Shown in pieces: positions 41,301-52,508 of a stretch of 64,000 bases of DNA. The position numbers and the translations under genes were made by a program. The stretch is taken from NCBI GenBank assembly GCA_963772365.1, contig CAVYXA010000005.1, forward strand, positions 96,001 through 160,000. Direction: 5' to 3'. Source of the stretch: an uncultured Verrucomicrobiae bacterium (lineage in GTDB: Bacteria; Verrucomicrobiota; Verrucomicrobiia; Chthoniobacterales; UBA10450). Position 1 is the first letter of the stretch; every line of letters begins with the position of its first letter. The notes under the pieces were generated by a model. That model saw nothing but the letters and a program-made list of their open reading frames with translations. It did no database searches and had not been told where the DNA came from.

Positions 41301-44300
41301 CCGATGTGTTCTGATCCGCCGGTAGGCGACGCGAGCGATGGCATCGAGGGCCATGCGCGCGTAATCCGCCAGAAAAATCACCGCGAACACCGAGCGCAGC
41401 AGGCGATCGCGCGGTTCGCGCCAGAATCTCGTCCCGGGCGGCGGCGGGTGGAACAGAAGATTGAGGAGAGAATTCAGGACCGCCCACAACATGAGGCCCG
41501 CGATGAGCCCGCTCCACAACAGCGGCGCAGGCGTGAAAAGCCAGCCCGCCAGGAGAAGGGCCACGGTCGCCGGCGGCACCAGACTACGGCGCAGATTGTC
41601 GAAGATCTTCCACCGGTTGAAAGCCGACAGCGGGTTTGGTTCAACCTTGCCGCCGACCACAGGCACGCGCGGCTTCAGCCAATCAATGATTTGCCAGTCG
41701 CCGCGAATCCAGCGGTGCTGCCGATTCCACCATTCGATGTAACTGCTCGGAAAAACATCCAGCAGCTCGATGTCGGTCGCCAGCCCTACCCGGATGTAAC
41801 TGCCTTCCAACAGATCGTGACTGAGCAAATGCGCCGTCGGAAATCGTCCGGACAAGAGGCGATGAAACGTTTGCAAGTCGTAGATGCCTTTGCCGTGATA
41901 ACTGCCTTCGCCCACCAAATCCTGGTAAACATCGGAGACGGCGTGCGTGTAAGGATCGATCCCGCGCGGATCGGCAAAGATGCGCGAGAACCACGTCGCC
42001 CGCGCGCTCGGCAGCGATGCACTGACGCCCGGTTGAATGATCGTGTAGCCGCGAATCACCCGACGGCTATCCGGCGAAAGACGCGCCTGATTCAGCGGAT
42101 GCGCCAAGGTTTCGACCAATCTTCGGGCGGTGTCGCGCAACAGTTGGGTATCGGCATCCAGCGTGATAACAAATCGGATGCCCTCGAGCTGGGCGCGATC
42201 GCCCGCGCAGAGGAATCCTTCCAGCTCGGGCGCGGATTCGCCGATGAGGAATCGATTGAGCTGCTCAAGCTTGCCGCGCTTGCGTTCCCAGCCGATCCAG
42301 CGTTGCTCGCTCTCGCTCCAGGTGCGTCCGCGATGAAAAAGAAAGAAGCGCCCCGCTCCGTGTCGGCGATTCAATTCCTCAATCCCGCGGGCCACGATGT
42401 CGATATACTCTGCGTCCTCTGGCATGCTCTCCCGCAGTGCGTCAGCAAAATCCGTCACGAGCGAAAAGCGCAGATTCGCATCCGTATTTCCGAGGTAACG
42501 AATTTCGAGGCGATTGAGTTCGTTCTGGATTGCGGCCGGAGTGGTCAGCAATGTCGGCACCACCACGAGCGTCCGGCAATCATCGGGGATGCCTGTTTTT
42601 TTGAAGGACATTTTGGGCAAAACCTGCGGCGGGAGGAGCGAGGTAACGAAATAATTCACGGCCAGCACCGCCACCTCACTTGCGGGCACGAGCAGCAAAA
42701 CTCCCAGCAGCCCGAGTGTCAGTCCGTGAGTCGATTGAGCGACGAAAAGGAGAGGCGCTGCCACCAGCGCAACCGTGAACAGAAAAGTGGTTCCGAAATA
42801 TGCTCCCGCCGCGTGCGCGCGAAGCCATCGACGAGAGCGTTCGGCCAACCGAACTCGCGCGCCTGTCGCCCGCTCGAGCGCTGGCCGCCCCGCATCGATC
42901 AAATAATAACCAACGTGCCGTGCGACTTCGTCCTCCGCGGCCTTCGCGAGCAAGAGCGCCTGGTCGATGGTTTTTTGTTCCGAACAATTTGACCATCGGG
43001 CGATTTCCTCCACCGCGCTCCGGCATCGATCGCGCGTCTCAAAATTTTGGCGGGCATAAACGCCGGCGGGATCGGCCGCCAACTCGCTTTCCGCCCAGCT
43101 GGTCGATTCGAAAAGTTCCCGCCACTGGATTTGCGCAAGGCGGCGGCAACTATTGATCACATTGGCGAGCGCTGTCTGTTGCACCGCCTGGCGGCGATGT
43201 TCCTGCTGAATGACTTCGAGCAACGGCGCGCGAAGAGCGCGCTCCAGCCAGCCGCTCACCATCGGGAGCGCTGCCTCCTCGTCGTAGAGATGCGCCACCA
43301 ATTCGCTCGCAAAATGCGGCGCCGGCTCGGGATGATGTTCCACGAGTTCTTTCATCATCTCGAGCAATTGCGGAGAACCATGCCGGACCGCTGTAATCAG
43401 TCGATTCGCCCAAAAGTCTGCCTGCTCGCTCTGGCTTTGCTGTTGCTCGACCTGGATCGCGAGCGCGCGCAGACCTTCCAGCAACTGCAATCGCAGCATC
43501 AGTGGGAGGGCCCAGAGTTCTCCGATGTCCAGCGGCGCGATCGCCTGGAAAGCGACCAGAAATTTCCGGATGACCTCCGCCTCCAACGCGCCGCCGCTCT
43601 CGGCCACCATTTCCGAAGCCACCTGGTAAACCCTCGGCAAACCCGCCTCGGGTCCGCTGCCGATGAGAGGCAGCTTCCCATAATACGTTTGCGGGAGACT
43701 CTCCCGCAGATCGATGATCTGTTCCCGAATCAAATAGGCGTTATCGAGCAGCCACTCCGCCGAAAGCGTGAAGGCGTGATGCACCTCGGCCGACATCGTG
43801 AGACTCGCGTTCGTCCATTCCAGCGCCTGCTCGATCTCGCTCAACCGGCGCAGAAAGGATGGCCCGCGCGGCTTTGCTTCGCGGTCGACCGGGATTGTGT
43901 CGGCAAGGCGCGCCGCATTTTCTGCGAGCCGCTGACCCGACGGCAGTTCATGACCGAGCGGTCGCGTGGTTGATCCAAATGGGAAAGGCGGCGGCGAATG
44001 AAATGCAAACGTGACGGGCGCCTCTGCTTCCACGTCCCGCAAAATCGTGACCACGCTTGCTGTTTCGCTGGCTTTGACTTCAGCCAGCACCACCGTTTCA
44101 CCTGGCAGGATCGTGCTTGTGCAACGGGCGAGGCTCGCATCGTCAACGTGCCGCTCACGCAATCGAACAAGGAGCCACCCGGCCAAAGCGCCAACCAGCA
44201 TTAACGCAGTCAAGAGCAACGCAAGCTCGACTCTCCGGTAGAGGGCAACCATTCCGCGTTCCCACAAAATGATGGCGCCAACGGCCACGCTGAGGGCTGA

Positions 44301-44495
44301 AGCGGCGATCGCTGCGCCAATCGCCGACATGCCATGCTCCTCCACGCGCACACGACCCGCGGATGAAGAGTAGATTGCGGCTGCACGGTGAAACCCGGCC
44401 CCATGGAGATTTTTGCGCACGGTCCGCGCGGTCTTCGTGTCTTGGAAGATGCCGACCACCAAAACGCGGTCGCCTTGCCTCCGCCGAAATCTCAT
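35313..44495 (-). CDS. ndvB: Cyclic beta-1,2-glucan synthase (GT84 + cyclisation + GH94 phosphorylase domains) with an N-terminal membrane extension
   Basis: ~3060 aa (start uncertain, ORF open to 44591). Motifs WLLDN, GWERKRGK, TLDADT, SHDLLEG, RWIRGDWQ, PPDN.Q, YDLLASEAR, WGISES, QSSGAYGFRDQLQD, GDWNDG, ENGGQYTH, GGWTWYTG. Confidence 0.92.
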   Translation of the reverse strand: MRFRRRQGDRVLVVGIFQDTKTARTVRKNLHGAGFHRAAAIYSSSAGRVRVEEHGMSAIGAAIAASALSVAVGAIILWERGMVALYRRVELALLLTALMLVGALAGWLLVRLRERHVDDASLARCTSTILPGETVVLAEVKASETASVVTILRDVEAEAPVTFAFHSPPPFPFGSTTRPLGHELPSGQRLAENAARLADTIPVDREAKPRGPSFLRRLSEIEQALEWTNASLTMSAEVHHAFTLSAEWLLDNAYLIREQIIDLRESLPQTYYGKLPLIGSGPEAGLPRVYQVASEMVAESGGALEAEVIRKFLVAFQAIAPLDIGELWALPLMLRLQLLEGLRALAIQVEQQQSQSEQADFWANRLITAVRHGSPQLLEMMKELVEHHPEPAPHFASELVAHLYDEEAALPMVSGWLERALRAPLLEVIQQEHRRQAVQQTALANVINSCRRLAQIQWRELFESTSWAESELAADPAGVYARQNFETRDRCRSAVEEIARWSNCSEQKTIDQALLLAKAAEDEVARHVGYYLIDAGRPALERATGARVRLAERSRRWLRAHAAGAYFGTTFLFTVALVAAPLLFVAQSTHGLTLGLLGVLLLVPASEVAVLAVNYFVTSLLPPQVLPKMSFKKTGIPDDCRTLVVVPTLLTTPAAIQNELNRLEIRYLGNTDANLRFSLVTDFADALRESMPEDAEYIDIVARGIEELNRRHGAGRFFLFHRGRTWSESEQRWIGWERKRGKLEQLNRFLIGESAPELEGFLCAGDRAQLEGIRFVITLDADTQLLRDTARRLVETLAHPLNQARLSPDSRRVIRGYTIIQPGVSASLPSARATWFSRIFADPRGIDPYTHAVSDVYQDLVGEGSYHGKGIYDLQTFHRLLSGRFPTAHLLSHDLLEGSYIRVGLATDIELLDVFPSSYIEWWNRQHRWIRGDWQIIDWLKPRVPVVGGKVEPNPLSAFNRWKIFDNLRRSLVPPATVALLLAGWLFTPAPLLWSGLIAGLMLWAVLNSLLNLLFHPPPPGTRFWREPRDRLLRSVFAVIFLADYARMALDAIARVAYRRIRTHRLLLEWETAQDARQRVKNQQRRFVLNRLWIPAACVLLFAGAAWRGPTAMVAVAPFLLLSALFPVAVMLIDRPAKSWRGGILTADDRRFLRTTARRTWRYFDEFVGPQTAWLPPDNVQETPKREIFLRTSPTNIGLWMLATVAANDFGYITIDDLVARNLGTLETVGRLERFEGHLFNWYDLKTLEPLHPRYVSTVDSGNLLASLWTFESSCDELAARPLLDASALRGIADTLGVLRQFAAPTKETECPPAFLRLAELTTGQPANLEEILERVRAAREPAQDILLHFGEQETDPRTYWAQQISKQVAAWNGVIDKYLRPVEILMAPPPQLMSLGEATHESRREALASTFSLRNIATEGIPGLVPLLAFHGRRDQPEIPPAVSEWLDLLVTEVEHSRRSASEQLAQLDELIAQSQQLEGGMGLRFLYDEERRIFAIGYQVAERRLDNSFYDLLASEARLTSFLAIARGEVPMEHWWALSRPFGSAYGRLPLLSWSGTMFEYLMPLLFNQTHENSLLDRACHDAVRCQIEYARQSSVPWGISESAFSALDRYNVYQYRAFGVPALALQRGQERDLVVAPYAAALALAVEPVAATKNLRWLATLGDSALLGDYGYYEAIDYSRRTEPGGAAGIIIHCYMVHHQGMSLLAYDNALNDNAMRRRFHSDLRIRATEPLLHEHIPEQILPTTGEVHEERPLSRPIPSAGPAVVAQTPDISSPRIHLLSNGTCSVTVTNSGGGNLRWLDLDVTRWHADATCDVSGPACYIRDLESGTTWSNTHQPLRTPERRHTWSFTPDKAEFRRRSGPCETITEIAVSAEDDAEVRRVTLVNTSRKLCRLELTSYLELALAPHRTDRAHPAFNKLFIETEWLPHCQALVARRRLRAPDDQPMWAAHLMVSESSSFIDSTEFETDRAQFLGRGRTPANPEAITTTLTNSVGAVLDPIFSLRRRVAILPDERFQFALVTVVAESREAVVALVERYSEFHTCARAFETAWTHSQLEMRRLHVRPGDVQTFQQLAALIVFPQAQLRPPPARLGRRAEGQRALWRLGISGDLPIVVIMIGHLRDIEVVREMLTAHTFWNLRGLKVDLVLVSEEPPSYDEPLTTRLRQLTEAQVHLTGVDLPGGVYLRSATKISKEELIVLQAAARMVLVAARGTLRQQLAATTPVIVKPQHLMPARKFQEEPSAPLAFMELKYFNGLGGFTEDGKEFVIYLGPGRQTPLPWINIMANPKFGAFVSESGAECVWGRNSQTDRLTPWFNDPISDPPGTAIYIRDDDMGVVWSPTPQPIREKDAYRARHGQGYTTFEHNSHAIEQRLLIFVPVDDADGQPVRLQRLRLRNRSSRRRKLTVTSYATLVLGSDPEETGMHVVTKWDLQSQSLFARNSYNPEFCDCITFATSTPTPASFTGDRAVFIGRNRSLRDPAAMEHERLTGDVGAGLDPCAAVEVVVEIEPGQSAEITFLLGQTDDEEKARALVKRFRDPVNVEAAFQETKRWWERLLSTIEVETPELSTTFLLNRWLVYQTLSCRLWGRTALYQSSGAYGFRDQLQDVMALVHAAPDIARNQILRAAARQFVEGDVQHWWHPDSGAGVRTRISDDLLWLPFVTAHYVRTTGDVAILDETIPFLEGKELEPKETESLSVPTISHTQDSLLEHCRRALARTATAGPHGLPLIGSGDWNDGLNRVGLRGKGESVWLAWFEICVLDDFAELLILRELGEEAQACRARSAELAKAVDAQAWDGAWYRRAYFDDGAPLGSSENLEARIDSLPQTWAAISGAGDPGRVEVALRSLEENLIREADDLILLFTPPFDKTTADVGYIKGYPPGVRENGGQYTHAATWVPMAFARRGDGDKAVRLLRMLNPVERAREDEDRERYKVEPYIMAGDVYSLADHVGRGGWTWYTGAAAWTYRVWLEEVLGFQRRGDKLTINPVIPKDWPDFRLRYRYQNTLYRIAVENPDHCSRGVVLVEVDGKAIADKIVTLHNDGAPHEVRVVMGTEPRA

Positions 44496-44869
44496 GTCAA
44501 ACCTTATGGTATAAATAGCCTTCCGACCATCGACGTGATTATTGAGGTCTGACCGCGACAGGCTATCTGCGGACATGGAATAGTGTGGCACCCTCCAGGG
44601 ATTGCGATCGCTAACGCGCGATCTCGCGTTCGAAGATCTTTTGACTGGAGCTTTGGGAAAAACGGTTCGGCCGTCCTAGTTACCCGAAATGTTGCTGAGG
44701 CACTTCGGATTATCTGCAGCCGAATCCGAGACCTGGATTTAGCGGCTGTTATCGGTAGTTCGGCGTCCGCTTTGGCGATTCGGATGCGGATGGCTCGTCC
44801 AGAGCGCAGGCGGGCGTGCTAATAATTTTACGGCTGGCCACGACGCGAATCTAAAATCATCGTCGCACT

Positions 44870-45871
44870 ATGTCGATGTGGACAACTTTGGCGATGTTTG
44901 CCGGGGCCGTGGGCATAATGTGCTGGGCAAGTGTCCTGCTCACCGCGGCTTTGGGACGCATCGGCGCTTTGCTGCGCTTCTCGGAAGGTTTGCTCGGCAT
45001 TGTCACAGCGCTTGGAGCCGATGCGCCGGAGATTTGCACCGCGTTCGCGGCGCTCTCATTCAAGCAGCACGACATCGGCCTTGGCGTCGTGCTGGGTTCG
45101 AACATCTTCAATCTCGCCGGCTTACTTGGCTTGAGCGCGCTGGTTGCCGGCAGAGTGCAAATTGGCCGGCAGGGGCTCTGGTTCACCGGCGGCACGAGTC
45201 TGGTAGTGAGCGCGATACTCGTCGCGTTAGTGCTGCGATGGATTCCGGCCTGGTCGAGCATGGCGTTATTGGCCCTCGTCCTGGCTCCGTACGTGGCGCT
45301 CACAGCGATGCACCCGGCGCAGATCGCGCGGCTCAAACTTCCCTCTTTGTCGAAGAAGTTCCTGGAAGTAGCCGTCGGCCACGTTCACCGCGACTCATCC
45401 AGGCGAAAGAAGACTCGGCGCGCCGCCTGGTACGATCCCATGTGGGTCGTCATAACAGTAGGGCTGATCGTCGGTTCGAGCATGGGCGCAGTGCGTTCGG
45501 TTGTGTCACTCGGCGCACGATGGGGAGTGAGCCAGGCTGTGATCGGCACGCTCATCCTGGCAGCGTTGACATCGATCCCGAACGTCATCGCCGCGGTGCA
45601 GCTCGCTCGCGACGGCCGTGGCGCGGCGGTGGTCAGCGAATCTCTGAACAGCAACACGCTGAACGTTATTGCCGGCATCGCCTTGCCGGCCCTGCTGATA
45701 GGCTTCACGGCGCCTTCGCCACAAATTGTCTTCGCCGCGCTGTGGTTGGTCGGAATGAAGGTGGTCGCGCTCATCGCGGCAAGCCGTCGGCATGGATTGC
45801 TTCGCGGCGGCGGCGCTCTGCTGGTCGCCCTTTACGCAATTTTCGCTGTTATTGTCTTCCTGTGGAAATGA
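44870..45871 (+). CDS. Ca2+/cation antiporter (CaCA/YrbG-like) family protein
   Basis: About 10 TM segments; alpha-repeat-like motifs GADAPE...GSNIFN and TSIPN...SNTLN. Confidence 0.8.
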   Translation: MSMWTTLAMFAGAVGIMCWASVLLTAALGRIGALLRFSEGLLGIVTALGADAPEICTAFAALSFKQHDIGLGVVLGSNIFNLAGLLGLSALVAGRVQIGRQGLWFTGGTSLVVSAILVALVLRWIPAWSSMALLALVLAPYVALTAMHPAQIARLKLPSLSKKFLEVAVGHVHRDSSRRKKTRRAAWYDPMWVVITVGLIVGSSMGAVRSVVSLGARWGVSQAVIGTLILAALTSIPNVIAAVQLARDGRGAAVVSESLNSNTLNVIAGIALPALLIGFTAPSPQIVFAALWLVGMKVVALIAASRRHGLLRGGGALLVALYAIFAVIVFLWK

Positions 45872-46164
45872 ACGCATCTGGCGCGGCGACTGGTTCAGCA
45901 CAACCGTTCGATCCGGTCCACAAACGCACGGAAGCCGATAGGCAGGCTCCGGACGGCAAAACGTTCAAAAGTCAGCAAGGGCGCGCCACAAGTTTTTCTG
46001 GCGCTGGTCACGGACCGCAACGCGGTGCAAGCGAGCGTCGACAAAGCCGCAAAATGGTTTCTTGTTAATGATTGGATAAAGCTACACACATATCGCATTC
46101 TAGACTACCGCCCTCCCGGCTTTCCGGCAGAACGTCCTGCGAAATCCCAGCAAATCCAAAACGC

Positions 46165-46281
46165 ATGAATTACCGCAAGGAATTCCGGGTAAAGCCCGGG
46201 GAGAAAATCCGGCTAAAAAACTTCGGCTGGCAGTTTGCAGTGAAGGACGAGATTCGCAATTTGTGCCAAGAAAACGAGTGA
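46165..46281 (+). pseudogene. N-terminal stub of a PPK2-family gene
   Basis: MNYRKEFRVKPGEKIRLKNF compared with MNYRKEFFVRLGSHLQLKDF at 56552. Confidence 0.7.
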
Positions 46282-46333
46282 CATTTTGCGACATTGATCA
46301 CTATGAAACCGTATCAGTTTTGGAGGGCCCAAA

Positions 46334-48761
46334 TTGAACGCTGAAAAAAAATCGATTGCCGAAAGAGAATCTTCCCATATCAAATCGTTCCGCGAAATTG
46401 GAATCGACGACGTTTGGTTAGTCGGCGGCAAGACAGCCTCGTTAGGCGAAATGTTCCGCGAACTTTCGGCGAAAGGCGTGACAGTGCCGGATGGATTCGC
46501 GATCACCGCCGGCGCGTATCGCGATTTCTTGGGCATAGCCGGGCTCGACCGAAAAATCGACGACCTACTGCGCGGGCTTAATACCCAAAACCTGGAGGCG
46601 CTACGCGACCGTGGATTAAAAATTCGCGAAGCGATTCTGGCCACGCCTTTCCCGGACGCTCTCAGCAACGAAATTCTGGGAGCTTACGATCGTTTGCGCC
46701 AAACCGGCAACGCGGACGCGGGCGTTGCGGTCAGGAGCAGCGCCACAGCGGAGGATTTACCGGATGCCAGTTTTGCCGGCCAGCAGGAAACGTATCTGAA
46801 CGTCCGCGGCCATCACGCCTTGATCGACGCCTGTCGCCGCTGTTTTGCTTCGCTCTTTACTGATCGCGCGATTTCCTATCGGGCCGACAAGGGGTTTAGC
46901 CACCGCAAGATCGCGCTTTCCATCGCGGTGCAACGAATGGTGCGCTCGGATCTCGGCGCGTCCGGCGTAATGTTTACCATCGACACCGAAACCGGCTTTC
47001 GCGACGCCGTATTGATCAACGCCGCTTACGGCCTCGGCGAAAACGTCGTTCAGGGATCGGTCACCCCGGACGAGTATTATGTTTTCAAACCGACCCTGAA
47101 AAACGGTTTCCGGCCCATTCTGCAGAAGACAATCGGCAGCAAGGAATTTAAGCTCATTTACGATGTCGGCGGTGGAAAGATGGTGAAGAATGTCCCGGTG
47201 CCGCCGGACGATCGGAACCGATTTGCGATTTCGGACGACGACATTCTAACACTGGCCCGCTGGGCGTGCGTGATCGAGGAACATTACAGCATGGTCAAAG
47301 GAAGGCCCACGCCCATGGATACAGAATGGGCCAAAGATGGGCGAAGTGGAGAGCTGTTCATTGTCCAGGCGCGGCCTGAAACCGTCGAATCGCGCCGCGA
47401 CCGCGATGTGCTCGAAACCTATGAACTCAAGAAACGTGGACGGGTTCTGGTTAGCGGCCGCAGTGTCGGGTCGAAAATCGCCACCGGGCCGGTGCGCGTC
47501 ATCAAAAGCGCCCAGTACCTCGGCGAATTTCAGGAGGGCGAAGTTCTTGTGACCGACAAGACCGACCCCGATTGGGAGCCAATCATGAAAAAAGCGGCTG
47601 GCGATCGTGACAAATCGCGGTGGGCGAACCTGTCATGCTGCGATCGTGAGCCGCGAGCTGGGAGTCGCGGCCATTGTCGGCACAGAACACGGAACGGAAT
47701 TGCTGCGAAATGGCCAGGCCGTCACCGTCTCATGCGCCGAAGGCGACATCGGTTTCGTTTACGAAGGCAAGTTGCCGTTCGAAGTGGAGCGGACCAACCT
47801 GAAAGGCCTGCCTCGGCCACGCACCAAAGTGATGATGAATGTGGCCAACCCGGAAGATGTATTCGCACTTTCGTTTATTCCCAATGATGGCGTTGGTCTG
47901 GCGCGCGAAGAGTTCATCATCAGCAACTACATCAAGGTGCACCCGCTCGCTTTGCTCGATTACGCGAAGATCGACGACGCGGAAGTGAAAGGGAAGATCG
48001 ACAAGCTGACTTTCGGCTACGACGACAAGGTGCAGTTCTTCGTCGATAAACTGGCGCAGGGCGTCGCCATGATCGCGGCGGCGTTTTATCCGAAAGACGT
48101 GATTCTGCGCCTGAGCGATTTTAAAACAAATGAATACGCCAACCTGATCGGCGGCCGCAAATACGAACCGGTTGAGGAAAATCCGATGCTCGGCTTTCGA
48201 GGGGCTTCGCGTTATTACAACCCGCGCTATCAAGCCGGTTTTGCGCTCGAATGCCGCGCTATGAAAAAAGTCCGCGACGAGATGGGCCTGAAAAATCTGA
48301 AGTTAATGGTTCCGTTCTGCCGCACAGTCGAAGAAGGCCGCAAAGTAATCGCGGAGATGGCCAAGCACGGGCTGAAACGCGACGAAGATAACTTGGAGAT
48401 TTATGTCATGTGCGAGATCCCGAGCAACGTGATCCTGGCCGATGAATTCGCGGAGATTTTCGATGGATTCTCGATCGGTTCAAACGATCTCACGCAACTC
48501 ATCCTCGGCGTAGATCGTGATTCCGAAATCGTGGCGCCGATTTTTGATGAAAGAAATCGAGCGGTGAAAAAGATGATTGCGCAAGTGATCGCAACGGCGC
48601 GCGCCAAAAATCGCAAGATCGGCATCTGCGGCCAGGCGCCGAGCGATTATCCGGAGTTCGCGCAATTTCTGGTGGGGCAAAAGATCGACAGCATCTCATT
48701 GAATTCCGATACTATTATCCAAACCACACGCGCGATCCTGGAAACCGAGAAGACGCCCTGA
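46334..48761 (+). CDS. ppsA: Phosphoenolpyruvate synthase, split by a 1-nt frameshift near 47601
   Basis: [46 protein letters not shown] (catalytic His), [16 protein letters not shown]. Removing one G restores ~808 aa. Confidence 0.92.
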
Positions 48762-48808
48762 TTTAGAACGTTCGTCTTGAAATGGTCAGCCTCTTTGCCC
48801 GATCCTGA

Positions 48809-50865
<2,057 letters not shown>

Positions 50866-50873
<8 letters not shown>

Positions 50874-51198
50874 CGAGCCAGAGGAAACCTCGAAGAACGA
50901 GCCGACCTTCGCCGCGGAGATCGGCGCGAAGGCGGCGCGCAAGCTCAAGGCGCGTAAATCCACGCAGGGCGTCTGGTTCGGTCTGGGCATGATGGGCCTG
51001 ATCGGCTGGTCGGTAGCGGTGCCGACATTGCTCGGTGCCGCACTTGGTATCTGGTTGGATAAACATCATCCTGGCAAGCATCCCTGGACACTGGCCCTGC
51101 TGATGGCCGGACTCGTGATCGGTTGTTTGAATGCGTGGCATTGGGTCGCCAAGGAAGAGAAGGCGATGCAGGACGAACAGGAGGGTAACGATGAGTGA
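50866..51198 (+). CDS. atpQ: N-ATPase AtpQ (AtpZ/AtpI-like)
   Basis: GMMGLIGWSV..PTLLG...G.WLD; operon position. Confidence 0.85.
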
Positions 51199-51505
51199 AA
51201 CTCTGAGACTAGTGCTGGCCGGGGCGGCGGGCATGGCACTCGGTGCGGTTTTCTTCGGCGGCCTTTGGTGGACGGTGCGCAAAGGTCTTTCATCCCCACG
51301 GTCGGCGCTTTGGTTCTTCGGCAGCCTGGTGCTGCGAATGAGCATTGCCCTGGTTGGATTTTATTTTGTCGGGCGCGGACATTGGGAACGGTTGCTGGCG
51401 TGTCTGGTCGGATTTGTTGTCGCGCGTTTCATCGTGATGCTGCTGACCCGTCCGCCGATCGAACATCACAGCTCTCGAACATCGGAGGCTCGTCATGCGC
51501 CTTAG
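51191..51505 (+). CDS. atpR: N-ATPase AtpR
   Basis: FFGGLWWTV...S...R...GF..AR; characteristic of N-ATPase operons. Confidence 0.85.
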   Translation: MSETLRLVLAGAAGMALGAVFFGGLWWTVRKGLSSPRSALWFFGSLVLRMSIALVGFYFVGRGHWERLLACLVGFVVARFIVMLLTRPPIEHHSSRTSEARHAP

Positions 51506-52190
51506 TCCCGACCAGATGATTTTCTGGCAACACGGATTTGTGAAACTCAACGCCACCATTGTGTTCACGTGGGGACTGATGCTCGTGCTGGCCGTCGGTT
51601 CGAAACTGATTACGCGCAAACTGTCCCTGGATCTAAAACGTTCCCGCTGGCAGAACCTTTTGGAAATCGTTGTCAGCGCGATCGAGAAACAAATCAAAGA
51701 CGTCGGCCTCAGCCGTCCGGAGAAGTATCTCGGCTTTCTGGGCACGCTGTTCTTGTTCATCGCGCTCTCCAATTTCTGTACTATTTTTCCCGGCTACGAG
51801 CCGCCGACGAGTTCGCTTTCGACCACGACGGCACTGGCGCTGTCCGTATTTTTAGCCGTGCCGCTGTTCGGCATCGAGGAGCAGGGACTGGGCGGCTACG
51901 TTAAGTCCTACGCGCAGCCAACGCTTCTCATGTTGCCGTTCAACATCATCAGCGAACTCTCGCGCACGCTGGCCCTGGCCGTCCGTCTGTTCGGCAACAT
52001 GATGAGCGGGGTGATGATCATTGGCATTCTGCTCACTATCACGCCCTTCATCTTCCCGATCGTCATGACGGTGCTCGGTCTGCTCACCGGCATGGTGCAG
52101 GCCTACATTTTCTTCATCCTGGCCGCGGTTTACATCGCAGCCGCCACGCGCGTGCGCAAAGCCAAGCCTGAGCCAGCGCCCCAAACTTGA
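51495..52190 (+). CDS. atpB: N-ATPase a subunit
   Basis: SRTLALAVRLFGNMMSG, QAYIF. Confidence 0.93.
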   Translation: MRLSPDQMIFWQHGFVKLNATIVFTWGLMLVLAVGSKLITRKLSLDLKRSRWQNLLEIVVSAIEKQIKDVGLSRPEKYLGFLGTLFLFIALSNFCTIFPGYEPPTSSLSTTTALALSVFLAVPLFGIEEQGLGGYVKSYAQPTLLMLPFNIISELSRTLALAVRLFGNMMSGVMIIGILLTITPFIFPIVMTVLGLLTGMVQAYIFFILAAVYIAAATRVRKAKPEPAPQT

Positions 52191-52223
52191 AACATCAACC
52201 ACGAAACAAACAAAGGACATAAC

Positions 52224-52505
52224 ATGGATAACATGACCCTCATTGCAGTTGCCTCAATCGTCACTGCCGGCCTGACGATCGCTCTCGGGAGTGTCGGACC
52301 TGCCCTCGGCGAAGGGCGTGCCGTTGCCACGGCGTTGAGTTCGCTGGCGCAGCAGCCCGATGCCGCAACCACCATCACACGCACCTTGTTTGTGGGCCTG
52401 GCCATGATCGAGTCCATCGCGATCTACTGCTTCGTGGTCTCGATGATCCTCATTTTCGCCAATCCGTTCTGGAACCACGCCATCGCCCAAACCGCTGGAA
52501 AGTAA
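52224..52505 (+). CDS. atpE: N-ATPase c subunit
   Basis: PALGEG, QQPD loop, AMIESIAIY, ANPFW. Confidence 0.95.
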   Translation: MDNMTLIAVASIVTAGLTIALGSVGPALGEGRAVATALSSLAQQPDAATTITRTLFVGLAMIESIAIYCFVVSMILIFANPFWNHAIAQTAGK

Positions 52506-52508
52506 CCC

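Noticed and set aside
35811..43973. Long + strand ORFs (249-576 aa) opposite cgs, and similar shadow ORFs opposite atp, xfp and fumC
   Set aside because: Antisense shadows of GC-rich coding DNA, Arg/Ala-rich, with no motifs.
46294..46307. FNR-like box TTGAT-CACT-ATGAA before ppsA
   Set aside because: One mismatch, only ~26 nt from the start codon, and not repeated before other cargo genes.
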